Assembly (NCBI GenBank): GCA_043228905.1
Contig: JBHGNT010000010.1
Location: 14,756,001 to 14,820,000 of the forward strand
Direction of reading: 5' to 3'
DNA: 64,000 bases
From: Azolla caroliniana
Lineage: Eukaryota > Plantae > Polypodiophyta
The notes beneath the pieces were generated by a model. It was not told where the DNA came from, did not search any database, and saw nothing but the letters and a program-made list of their open reading frames with translations. Every line of letters begins with the position of its first letter. The stretch's first letter is position 1. This document shows, piece by piece, positions 32,072 through 49,722 of the stretch. A program made the position numbers and the translations under genes.

Positions 32072-34884
32072 AGCTTTACATATGTATATAGATAAGTAAA
32101 TATGTAAGAAGAAGAGAAAGTTCACGAACCATTACTGTATAAGGATTTGTTGCATATGGTTAGGTTAGGTTTTCTTGAATGTTTTATGCATTCTAAGTTG
32201 TCCATAAAAGTTAATAAGCTCATCAATTTAAAATAAAGAAGGACAATTAACCATACATTGCTATGCATACTTCATTAGGCCAATCAAGAAGCACAATTTC
32301 TCAAAAAACACGCATGAAAATATGAAGGGACGTCAAAACTCGATGATGGAATGTGAAATACAGAAGCTAAATTCCATGCTGAGACTTGAGAAACTTTGGT
32401 TAACAAAAGAGCTGGAAACTTCCAGAAGTACAAAAAAATTTCATACATGCACAGGAAGAGAAGAAGAAAAAAAATCGTTTCCATAAATCACTAGAAGAGA
32501 CAGGCAGAAACACGCACAGAGAGAGAGAGAGAGAGAGAGGTACCATAAGCAAATGACACTCCAATCTGGAGCTCGGTTCTGTAATTCCTGAGATGGATAG
32601 AAACCTCAGACAGAGAGACAGAGAGAGGGGGGCAAGGGTTTTGGGAGAAAAATGGGAGGGATGAATTTCCCCTCACATTCTTTTGATCACCTCTATTTAT
32701 ATGTATATGTACATATATCTATCTAATCCATCTATCTATCTACTACTACATAATAATATGTACATATATATTCTATATCTACATATGATATGTCAATCTG
32801 ATTGTCTCATCTTCTTGTTTTAGATGCATATACATATATTCATTCATTCATTATGGGTTCTTATGTTTTTCTTCCTTTTACTTCTGATCTCTCAATTCTT
32901 TAACACCCCTTTTAGGTCTTTTCTTTCCTGTGTGCCCAAAACCACAAGAAACACTTGGGCCTAGAGACGAGACCCTGTCGCAGGGGGGGGGCCTCCTCTT
33001 CCACAACATCCCAATTTGTGCTTCAGCCCTTCCTTACATATTGCCCAGATTACGGTAGCAAAACAAGAACTCGCCATCAAGATATCGCTTCTCATTTTAC
33101 AAGTCGGTTGCATGTGGTAAAAAAAAAAAAAAGGAGACCTTATTTCCAAAGTCTATTGTACGAGACCTTATTTCCATGTCACAAGCTAATGCTCATAAGA
33201 AGGGTTGCTTCTCTGATCTCTAACTTGCTCTTACCATTCTCTAATCGCAACTACCATAGCAAGAGTGTTGTTGATTGAAGCATTCCTCATTGAAATATAT
33301 GGTCATGCGATCCATGTTGACTTTTATGTTTGTATAATACTCCACTAGCTCATGTCCTACATAAAGATAGAAATCACACGAGGAAACATGGTACCTTACA
33401 AGAAGACGTAAGGATGATCCACATATCTCTTCAATGTAAACTTTCACCAACCAATACATGATACATTGGATCCATATGTTCTCCCTATGGATGCATAATT
33501 TGTACTAAGGTTGCACAAAATGAATAATATACTAGACATGGAAAAGTTATACGATACCCCATGGGATTCTCTTTATTTCCCTAATAGCCCCTAACTTTTC
33601 TTTGTTTCTCAAAAATGCTCTCAATAACCCTCTCTCCAAATCTCTTTCATCAACATTCTAATCAAATTGTCCTCATTTTGTCTATTTTAGGTGTTGAGGA
33701 ACCATCATCTTATAGACTTCAAAGTACCAAAATAAGGCAAAGATCAAAACTCTTATCAATTAAAACAATGACCTTTCCATGACGTAGAAGGTTTCACGCC
33801 CATTGACATAATTACAAAATCTTGTCCCATAAATGCCGGTAAGAATCTACATATTCATATTCATTACTATGTGACATTTCAACTCGTCAATGTTGGATTG
33901 CCCCATGTGTAATATAATATTGTTGTGGGGTGCAATGATGGATATTATGCATTTTGGTTGATATACCCTTTCATCTTTTACATTTCTGGTGCTTGCAAAA
34001 AGCCAAGAGGTACAACTCAAATTTTTGGGTTGGAGAAGATTATTAACTCATTATTAATGCAGCACAAGTTTGCATATAATGGTTGTCGAGAGACATTAAA
34101 TCATTCATGTAGAAAACATGAGGTGGTATGCATGTAGCTAAGGAATGTGTCCATTATTTTCTTTGTTGTTTCTTGAAACCATTCCATGTCCATTCCACTC
34201 ATGTAGCAGTTCAAATAACATTTGATCTCACTATACATCAAATCCAAACATGTGATCACTTGGTGATGATTCTTATGTCTGTCTAAGTTTCTCCAACAAG
34301 GAAGGACCCATTGGCACTTCACTTCATTGATATCCATTGCACATTGCCAAAAAGGATTAACAATAGACTTCGTGACGATTTTATCCCCTTTCACATTTCT
34401 TTACCTCAAAAAAGAAGTTATTATTGGGAGGGCAAAATACCATAAAAGTAAACAAAATCACACAAGAAAACAATCAACGTAAAGAGTTTGATCCCCATAA
34501 AAACTGCATAGGAAATATATATATAAGAAACATGGGGTTATCAAATCTATTACAAAGCATGAAATATGAACAACCCTGGTCTCAACACCTTCAGATCACA
34601 ACTTATATATTGAATCTCTAGGTTAAAGTTATTATTTCATGGCAGTGTTGGCATATTTTATATCATATTATTTGAAATCAAGTAGCTTATTATTTAATAT
34701 ATGATATAACACGCTACTTGATATCATGAAGCAACAAGTTGCGTGACAAAACCTCAAGAAAAATAACTTATTTTTTGTTTAGTCTCAAAAAATCTCATAA
34801 GTCAGCAAACCTACAGTTCACACTTAAATTTTCTTCCGAGCAAAACCGTGACACTAAAATGACCTACAACAATCATAAAGATTG

Positions 34885-41157
<6,273 letters not shown>

Positions 41158-42321
41158 GGATTTTCTGAACACACTGTAAAAACAGAGAAAGAGAGAGAGA
41201 GTAAGAATTCCTCCTCCGCAGTGATGGAAGGGAGAAGAAGATCAGCTGTGCAGAAATGGAAGAAGCAGAAGGCGAACTGTGAAGAGAGAGAGAGAGAGAG
41301 AGAGAACAAGAAGAAGCGGATCTTGAATGACAGCCGTCCGATCAATGTAGTTGAATCGACGGCCCTCGTCGTTTCGAGGAAACCCTTGTTTCTTTTTCCC
41401 GTTCTGTGGGGCCCCGACGTCATCTCCATCTTTTTTTCCTTTTTTTCTTTTTTTTTCCCCTTTTTCCTTTTCTTTTTTTTTAGGGTTCTAAATTAGTTTT
41501 TCCCAACTTTATTTTCCGTCTCATGATTCCTCCTCTCTCTTTCACACCAAATTGTTTGGTTTCTTCACACACACGAAAGAGAGAGAGAGAGAGAAAGAAA
41601 GAAAGAAAGACCAAATTTGGCCCATGAGGGAATTGGTTACAAATTACAATAATGGGATGAGAGAGACACACACACACCCACACATAGAGACAGAGATCAC
41701 AATCGGCCACGAGTGTTGCCACTAAGCAAGTTCTTCTGAGGAGGATGCATTTGCGTGCGCATGCATTTGATTGTTCCGGTAGAACTGTGTGACATGAGAT
41801 AGACGATCTGCTTCTTCGTTTTATGAGGACGACGGGGGAAATAACCTAAAAAGATTTTTATTTTATTTTTAACTGAGCATGCGTGACCCTTGGAAATATC
41901 GTCGTACTCGTCATGAGTAATGGGAGAAATCTTGCCACTGACTATGAATGCTCACAACTCTCACTCTCGGTGGGGGTGGCCTGAACTATGGGATAGTGGT
42001 ATATCCCTAGGTCTACTTTGGAAAGACTTGAAAAATGTCCAAGAGTGCTTCCTTGGGAAGTTCCTTCAAGAAGAGTTACAAAGCCCATACATCTATTCTA
42101 TTGTCATATAGTCTCTCTTAGCTATGTCACATGTGTAACAATTTGAGTGTGTTACACATGCTTCATTTTATGTTATCTTTGGTGTGTATGGTCGTATTTC
42201 AATGGGTTCATTGTGGTGTATTTGTGGCATGTGTCACCATATTAGCATGATATAATCTTGTGTCGACATTGCATGGCATCACATTGCGCCACCATAGGTG
42301 CGTTGGGCGCCTTATCATAGT

Positions 42322-42716
42322 TGTTGAGAATCAAGCTCAACTTGATCTAGTGTATGAACTCACCTTGAGAGTGAATAGACACTCCAACAGTCAAGAGTCA
42401 CCATTATGTCACCTCTTTGTATTTTAGCATTTAGTATGAGTCATAAAATCATATTCTATGACACATAACTTATGAGCTTTCACATTCCCCATGCTCCATG
42501 AGTCTTGTAGTTAATGAAGAGAGAGGGTGACTATAGAAAGCACCCTCCTCCCACCTTGTATTTTGTTGAGTCTTTATCCTTTGTTAATATACTCTTACCT
42601 TGCGTATTCTTTGTGTCTTATTCCTTGTCTCTCTCTCACTCTCTCACTCTCTCTCATACACACACATAACTCGTATCTCTTCCGCTTCACAAGAATCCAT
42701 CTCTTGATTCTTTACA
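42322..42716 (+). mobile_element. Solo LTR related to the Copia LTR at 57199
   Basis: Starts TGttgagaatcaagctcaacttg and ends gattctttaCA, like the 57199-57458 LTR. Flanked by atagt/atggt (5-bp TSD, 1 mismatch). Confidence 0.8.
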
Positions 42717-42868
42717 ATGGTCATATACACGCTTCTACAAACATCATCGTTTGATTGTGACATCACTATTTGACACAATTGTGTGCGTTAAGCACCCTCT
42801 CACAATCATGTGTCGAGATCCCTATCGTGTCTCCCCCTACGTGTTCGAGATTCAAAGCAAGTGCATTA

Positions 42869-43034
42869 TGTTACGGGCATAACCATACTTTATCCACGTG
42901 TATAGAATACTACGGTACAATCTTACCACGGGATATTATATGGTTATGTTACGGGCATGGCTATATAATATCTCGTGTATAGAATACTACGGTACAATCT
43001 TACCATAGGATATTATATGGTCATGCCCGTAACA
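42869..43034. mobile_element. 166-bp palindromic mini-element assembled from LTR-terminal sequence
   Basis: Termini tgttacgggcat...atgcccgtaaca with perfect TSD catta (42864-42868, 43035-43039). Internal 42887-42936 is the exact reverse complement of 51997-52046. Confidence 0.8.
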
Positions 43035-43326
43035 CATTAGGATTAGAGAAAACCTATCTCAATATCAATTATGGTTGTGCATTAACAATGAGCTAAAGCC
43101 AACCTCTTATTGCACCATCCTTATCATTGTTTCCATACCATATAGCTCACAATCTCTTTGATATGAGACATGGTTTTGATGCTCATGCAATGAGACTTGT
43201 TAACAATGCATGCTTTGCCTTGAACAAGTTCAAGAATCTAAATGTTGACCTCACACTCACAATGCGCACTCTTAATTGTAATATTCATTAATTTTTCTTT
43301 AACATCTAGAGTCACTACTCATTCTT

Positions 43327-44231
43327 TTTCCAAAACAAAATATCCTTCCATTAGTTATATAGAAAGGTCATAACAGTTCAACATACAAAGTATTTTTTCC
43401 CCAACCCCGTCTTGTGTAAGATAATGGCTGAGGAAACAAATCTATGTACTCGAACATAGAGAAAATTGTCCAGTAATTACAATTTATTCCCTATACACAT
43501 TGCAAGGTATCCATATCCATAGACAACAACAAAAGTATCTCTATTCAGAAAGAAGCCCTTTGAGGTCATAGTTATGAGCCATTCAATACTTCTTCAACTT
43601 GTACATCTCGTATTTGAAGAAGATCAACTACTTTGTTTGGTTTTTCAAGAGAACCACTATTCACATTGTGACTGTAAAATCAATAATTATGCTTCCTCTT
43701 TCCACATCAACCATCTTGCTGGATTACACCAAAATCCTATACATACACAACAACAAATTAAGTCAAGTTTCCTCCTCTCCTCATGAGCTTATTCGTCAGC
43801 CCCACACCATCATCGCTCATCCTTATCAAAAACATAAAAATTGCTTCGTTAAGTCCTCATGAACTATCTCGCCGAATACCACCAAATTCCTGCACATAAA
43901 CAATAAAATGCGTGTAAAGTCCTCCTCGTCTCCTCATGAGAATATGCTTCGACCTCCACACCATCATCATCCTTATCCAAAACATAAATTCTACTTCCTT
44001 AAGTCCACATCATTCACCTTGCCAAATACCACCCAAATCTCGCACATACAACAATACAATGAGTCTTGTTTCCTCATACCCTCACGAGAGTATGCTTCGC
44101 CCCCCACACCGTCATCACTCATCCTTATCCAAAAACATATATTTTACTTCATCAAGTCCACATCAAACTTCTCGTCGATTACTGCCAAAACATGTACATA
44201 CAAACAACTAATTTAGTCTAGTCTTCTAAAT
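43327..44231 (-). mobile_element. Non-coding retroposed insertion with an L1-type 3' tail and an internal 150-bp tandem array
   Basis: 17-bp direct repeat agtcactactcattctt at 43310-43326 and 44232-44248. The minus-strand 3' end taactaatggaag...ttttggaaaaa matches the large LINE's end. Three ~150-bp units anchored at about 43771, 43921 and 44071. Confidence 0.65.
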
Positions 44232-46039
44232 AGTCACTACTCATTCTTCAACGAGGTATGTCCATGCTTTAGCATAATCAACTACAACATGGTCATTGGT
44301 CTATCCACAAACATTTCGCTTCAATGGTGGTATACTCCAACATTAATAGGTCATTCATTTGCTTTGTGAACCCTAAAATTAGTCATAGTTTACTTCAACC
44401 GTGTCTAACAAAATTATTTGGACAATGTTGTAAATTCGAGAGCATCTTGCTTCATAAACATTTGTCAACCACTTTATGCATATCATGTGTGTGCAAAGTC
44501 TTAAAACGACAAAACTACATTCTCTTGTAGATTCTCTACTATGGGATGAAATATGAACTTTATAATAACATACTAGTTTAAGGAAACGTGAGTTATTAAA
44601 AATGTACTATGTGTCTCACAGTCATGAACTTTTCCACCACCATTCGAATGGAAAGATCATCAATCTTGGCTGAACATAAAATACAAAAACTATTCACTTG
44701 TCATTTTCTTTCATGATCATTAGAACTAGAATCATTGTTTCCCCTCACTTTGGTTGTTCCTACTATTTGAAGGCATCACCTTTTTCTTTTTCTTTTCTTG
44801 CATTGCTCTATACCAATTTCCATATCCATATGACCCATTTTTGTTGGACTTTTAGTGGAGATTCAAACCTCATTACCATGTATATAGTTGTCAAAGAGAA
44901 TGGATTGGATTTTCGCGAAAAGGTGATGCCCAAAGCGGCTATCTAAAACAAGTCATGGTGTTTGATCATACTCAACACATTTGTGTATCTGTGATGTCTA
45001 GCCCCAAAATCACATTTTCACATCTAATGTTTTTATGAACACCAATATGGATTTATGTTTAGCCTTTAATTCGAATAGTCCCTTGAAATAATATTGGCAT
45101 GTGTGTGAGCATACAATGAACAAGAGTTTAACCTTACTTGGCATACTTTCCTTTCTTGTCCATCCAAGACACGTTTGTCCAACCATATTGAATTGAACAA
45201 AAAGGTGTATGTTCCACTTTTGTGCCATAATCGCATGTATTTATATAAAATTGTTGTCCTATCTTGATTAGACTTTAGAGCTAACATAGCATGCATTTGA
45301 ACATACAACAAGGGAGGTCATTGAAAATTCACTATATTTACAACCAATAATATTGTGACATAACATGTATTTATACATGATTATTTAGTCCGAACCATGC
45401 CGTAATGTGCACATAAACATAGAACATTAAGGAAAGGTTTCCCCACATGGATTTTTTCTTAGCAATTAAGTTTGAATGAGACCTTTGAGAAAACAATGGC
45501 TTGCATGTGTAACATACAAAAGCCATGTGAATACCTCTCTATCTCTTTTCTTTTTTTAATAAATGTGTGTGAAAAACACTACTTACAATGGGTAGTGGAA
45601 CATGTTGAATTGCCTATAGGCAAAACTAACACTCCGCTGAGAAAAGAATCTCTTTCTCTCATCGTAATTAGCTTACCCTATCGGTAAGTTGTTACACTAT
45701 AAGCCACTATGTCTTCTTCTCTCTATTATATACGTATCTCTTCTTCTTTTTTATTATTGTAATTAGCTTACCCTATTGGTAAGTTGTTACACTATGACAA
45801 GTCACTATGTCTTGGGGTTGAAACCCAATTTTACTCACCTCTCTATTATATACTTCATACATTATCTCTTAATTCACTAGATGCCATTGTGGAATGTAGG
45901 GCCATCTGAGCTACATACATCTCTCTCTCTTTTTTCATACTCGAGGTACTCTGATATTTCTATAAGTGGTCTATAAGAAGGAAAAAGGAGAAAATTAGTT
46001 GGAGAGTTCATGCATAAAGAAATGTCTTAATGTTTGAAA

Positions 46040-46500
46040 TGACATGAAAAAACAATCCCCCGCAAAAAAGAAGAAGGATTAGTCATTGTCCTTGATGAAC
46101 ATATTCAAAAAGTGCCTTTGAAATTGTTCTCTCAAATTCCCAAATATCTTGGACAAAGAATGACCATTCCAAAGTTCCTTGCCTTCTCTTTATAGATTGT
46201 GTAGGAATTTATGGAGTCTGATTCAATTACCAAAAATACTTTGCAATTAGTTCTATAGTAGCATCCACCTTCATTTATTTAGTCTCCTAGCATGAAATGT
46301 TGACTACCTTCTAGAAATTTTGGCTCATAACTAACCTCTCCCATCTTATGTGTGTCTATTCAAATACCACAATATAACAATGACTACCTCCTGGATTAGT
46401 AAAGGTTGCTAATAGCTATAGTCTATGATACCATGCTACCTCATGTCTACATATATGAGAAGGAGCACATTGAGATACAACGTAACATACTCCCTATCCA
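46040..46500 (-). mobile_element. Highly decayed LINE RT remnant
   Basis: Minus strand YVHQGQ*LILLLF resembles the RT motif SVRQGCPLSPLLF. No open frame remains. Confidence 0.3.
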
Positions 46501-47739
46501 TAGGTGATCATAAATAGTAATGTTAAAAACTTATGAGTTTTCTCCATGTCCAAATGTTTGAACACAAGGAATACCATGGAAATCCCTCATATCATAGCTC
46601 CTAAGCTCAAGGACATACGGAAAACTTTTTTTTTTCTTCTCTTGAGCAATACTTGCTTGATGAGGATGGTGGTATAATGGAAGATTCAAGCTCACAATAA
46701 TCCTTGGAAGATTTGTGCTCACAAGCATCCTCCACATGATTAGTCATAGGCTTCTTTTTTCGAATAAATGTGTTTGCTCAACGAGCTTGTAACATAACAT
46801 CTAATATAAAACTTTCCACTCTTAACTAAAATGCATATGCGATGTTGTTTTGTGCATTAGATTTCCATAAAAACCAAAATGGGTCTGAAAAAGTGGTTTT
46901 GGGTATATTTGTGACCCTAAATTATCATGTGTTTCCAACCATGAGGAGACAATGAAAACATCTAAAAAGGATCCATAAAAGAACATGCAAACAAAACCTA
47001 TTAAGTGTACCAATTCCGACCTAGTAAACCCCCATCACAACATTTGCAAACATAGATGGTATATTCATGGCTATTAGAGGATCGATCTCGAGAAGTTTCT
47101 ATCTAGACATAGAACCATTTAGGCACGGCTTTGATCGATGCTATGACATTGGACAATGGGCGTGGACCGTTGCTAAGGCAAACACAGGGGCTTAAACAAA
47201 CTCTCGCAACGTGTTAAGGGGAACTTTGAAGGCATTAAACGGGTTACAAGAGCGGGGATATTTTGACAGGAGATAAAAGAGGTCGGGTTCTTTGTGGGTC
47301 ATAGAGCGGTGCTAGTCGAATGGGCTATGCTAATTGTATCGGTTACTAATTGCAAAAGTAGGGGCAACAAATCCACATGGCGAACGAAGGCAACGGTGTG
47401 TGAGGGCCCAAGGCTAATAATAATATGAACGAACGGCTCCAACGAGGAGCATGGCGGACAAAGCGAGTGCGGTAGAGTGTTGGATCGATCGAGGCTAATG
47501 ACCGGCTAAATAAATGACCGGCCGGCCGCCTTGGCTCTCTATCTTTAACAACAAACACGAGGGACAAAATAAAATAAACACAAACAAACAGACAGACAAG
47601 ACAGAAAGGGATTTATTTTTCTGAGTTTGCGAGGCAAACAAAAGGAAAATAACTGCACAAAAAGAAAAAAATGAACATGACGATGAACAGACGCCCCCAA
47701 CGATCTTCTGTAGCGTGCCCATGCTCATTCCTGCAACGC

Positions 47740-48290
47740 TTCACTCCTCATTTCTTCCTATTCTTCTTCTTCTCCATCTCTTTCTCCTGCTTCCTCCTGT
47801 AATTTTTCATATCTCTCGGCTCAGTCACTCAGTACATTCAGTCAGTCTCCTCCTCCTCTTCTTCTTCTTCTTCTTCACACGTATTTTTCCTGCACCAAAT
47901 GTATAAGCCGTAGAGAAACTCCAGAATCAGGCTGCCCCTAGAGACAGACCAGAATCAGAGTTAGGGTTTCCTGTTCTCCTATGCTTTCTAATACCTGGCT
48001 TTTGCACAAAAGATAGAAGATATATCCTTTCTTAGTGAAATACTCTAATTAGGGCTGAGGTTAGAGAAGGCTTAATCTTGCCCTATGCTTCATGAATGTT
48101 TATATGGTTTTGCTCAAATTTATACCCCCCCTGAAGAGAAAGACTATAATCAGCCTTAGGGTTACGGTGGCTCTTCTCCCGTTGGATTACAAATATATGG
48201 TTTTGCACAAATGTATACATCTAGAGAAAGAACAGGTCTAGATTTAGGTCTAGGCGTAGGTTTAGAGTTAGAATTAGGGTTAGGGTTTCA
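47740..48290 (+). promoter_or_regulatory. CT-rich leader and telo-box-like motifs at the 5' end of the orphan ORF
   Basis: Pyrimidine-rich tract 47740-47880. ttagggtt motifs at about 47961, 48156 and 48273-48288. Confidence 0.35.
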
Positions 48291-49722
48291 CACTTCACCT
48301 CCTAGAAGAACATATACTACTAATTCTGCTAGTAATAGTAACATAAGATTCATACCGCCATCCCGACACACATCATCCAATTCTACTATGAGCCGATGCT
48401 TCGACAAGACCCGAAAAACCGTTGGTTTTGACCATAGGAACCCCCCCTTTGGAAGAAGCCAATCAGTTAACCGATCCCGAAGTGGTAGTTACACCAGCAA
48501 TGGAAAAGCTTCTTGTGGTAACAATATCGATAACCATAACAGTAACAATAGAAGAAGAAGAAATGATAGCCCTACGACATTTTCGAGGCCACCTCATGAT
48601 ACCATGGTCCAATCAAAATCAAAAGGTGGTGAAAATGCCGACTTAGACGTGTTGCTTCGTCGCCTCTCGGTTCTTCAACTCGAGATGAAAGATTTGTTAA
48701 ATGGGAGGTCTCTTAAAGATAGATTGCAAGTCATTGGTCAAAAGACGGATGACAATGATAACCATTTCTCGAACTCGAATGATAATTGTTATAGTAGCAG
48801 TGGTAGTAGTGGTAGTAGTAGTAGTAGTAGTAGTAGCTCAAGTCGAGACCATCATGCAAAGGGTAAATCTCGTGTAAAAGAGAAAAACAATGAACCTAAA
48901 GGTCTTCCGCAAAATCACTCCAATGGATCGAAAGAGAAAGGTAAGAAGCATTCTATGAGCAAAAAGGAAGAAGAAAGAGAAGTAGAAGGTCGTGTTGCTA
49001 TGAGAAGAGAAGATCATGGGGGTGGAACCCATGGAAAGATTGAAGTAAAAGAGTCAAAATATGATACCATGGATGAATTGGCTAGAGAGACGCGCGACGA
49101 GATTTCCGAAGAAAGAAAGCAAATAATTCATCTATGGCAAGAGTATAATTGTGATTTGCATTTAAAACGAATCATTGATGTTTCTCGAAAGGATGCTGCC
49201 TTCAGAATGCTCGAAAAAGTCATCCATTCAAGGCTTACATATTACATGTTGCAATACATCGCAGCAGTGGCAAAGGGTCTCATAGGAGATGAAAAGACTC
49301 ATTATCTATGTTTTTTCAAGAGGGAAGGTCCTTTTCGGACCAAACCGTTGAATGAAGGCACATATTGCGAGCTTCTAAATTTCATGTGTAAACAACCAAA
49401 TCCAGCTAGGGATGTGGTAAAAGCTTTGGAAGTGTCGGAGGAAGGGCTAGAAGAAGAAGGAGGACGAGCCGGTTATAACCCGACTGCGATAGGAAATGTT
49501 CGAGCCCAAATGAGAGTGTTCTTGTCGGTAGCGGGATCCTATGCAAATACGGTTGCTTCTCAAACCGAAAGTGTTGAGGATCTATTTACATGTGAATTCT
49601 TGAAAGATCTCACACAAGCTGCTAACCAAGGTAAATTGGGTGCTCTACAAAATGCTCACCAATTAATCAAACTAGCTTGCTTTCTGGTTCTAAAACAAAT
49701 GGATATCTCGTTCATTGGTTGA
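48211..49722 (+). CDS. Intronless protein of unknown function (up to 503 aa): Ser/Asn/charged low-complexity N-half, complex helical-looking C-terminal ~215 aa
   Basis: Uninterrupted 1.5-kb ORF in AT-rich DNA where neighbouring TE frames are broken. No TE motifs. The true start may be a downstream ATG (MSRCFDK or MVQSKS). Confidence 0.7.
   Translation: MYTSRERTGLDLGLGVGLELELGLGFHTSPPRRTYTTNSASNSNIRFIPPSRHTSSNSTMSRCFDKTRKTVGFDHRNPPFGRSQSVNRSRSGSYTSNGKASCGNNIDNHNSNNRRRRNDSPTTFSRPPHDTMVQSKSKGGENADLDVLLRRLSVLQLEMKDLLNGRSLKDRLQVIGQKTDDNDNHFSNSNDNCYSSSGSSGSSSSSSSSSSRDHHAKGKSRVKEKNNEPKGLPQNHSNGSKEKGKKHSMSKKEEEREVEGRVAMRREDHGGGTHGKIEVKESKYDTMDELARETRDEISEERKQIIHLWQEYNCDLHLKRIIDVSRKDAAFRMLEKVIHSRLTYYMLQYIAAVAKGLIGDEKTHYLCFFKREGPFRTKPLNEGTYCELLNFMCKQPNPARDVVKALEVSEEGLEEEGGRAGYNPTAIGNVRAQMRVFLSVAGSYANTVASQTESVEDLFTCEFLKDLTQAANQGKLGALQNAHQLIKLACFLVLKQMDISFIG

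Noticed and set aside
48240-48290. ttaggg-like repeats as an interstitial telomere
   Set aside because: Only a few degenerate units, better explained as telo-box or leader motifs.
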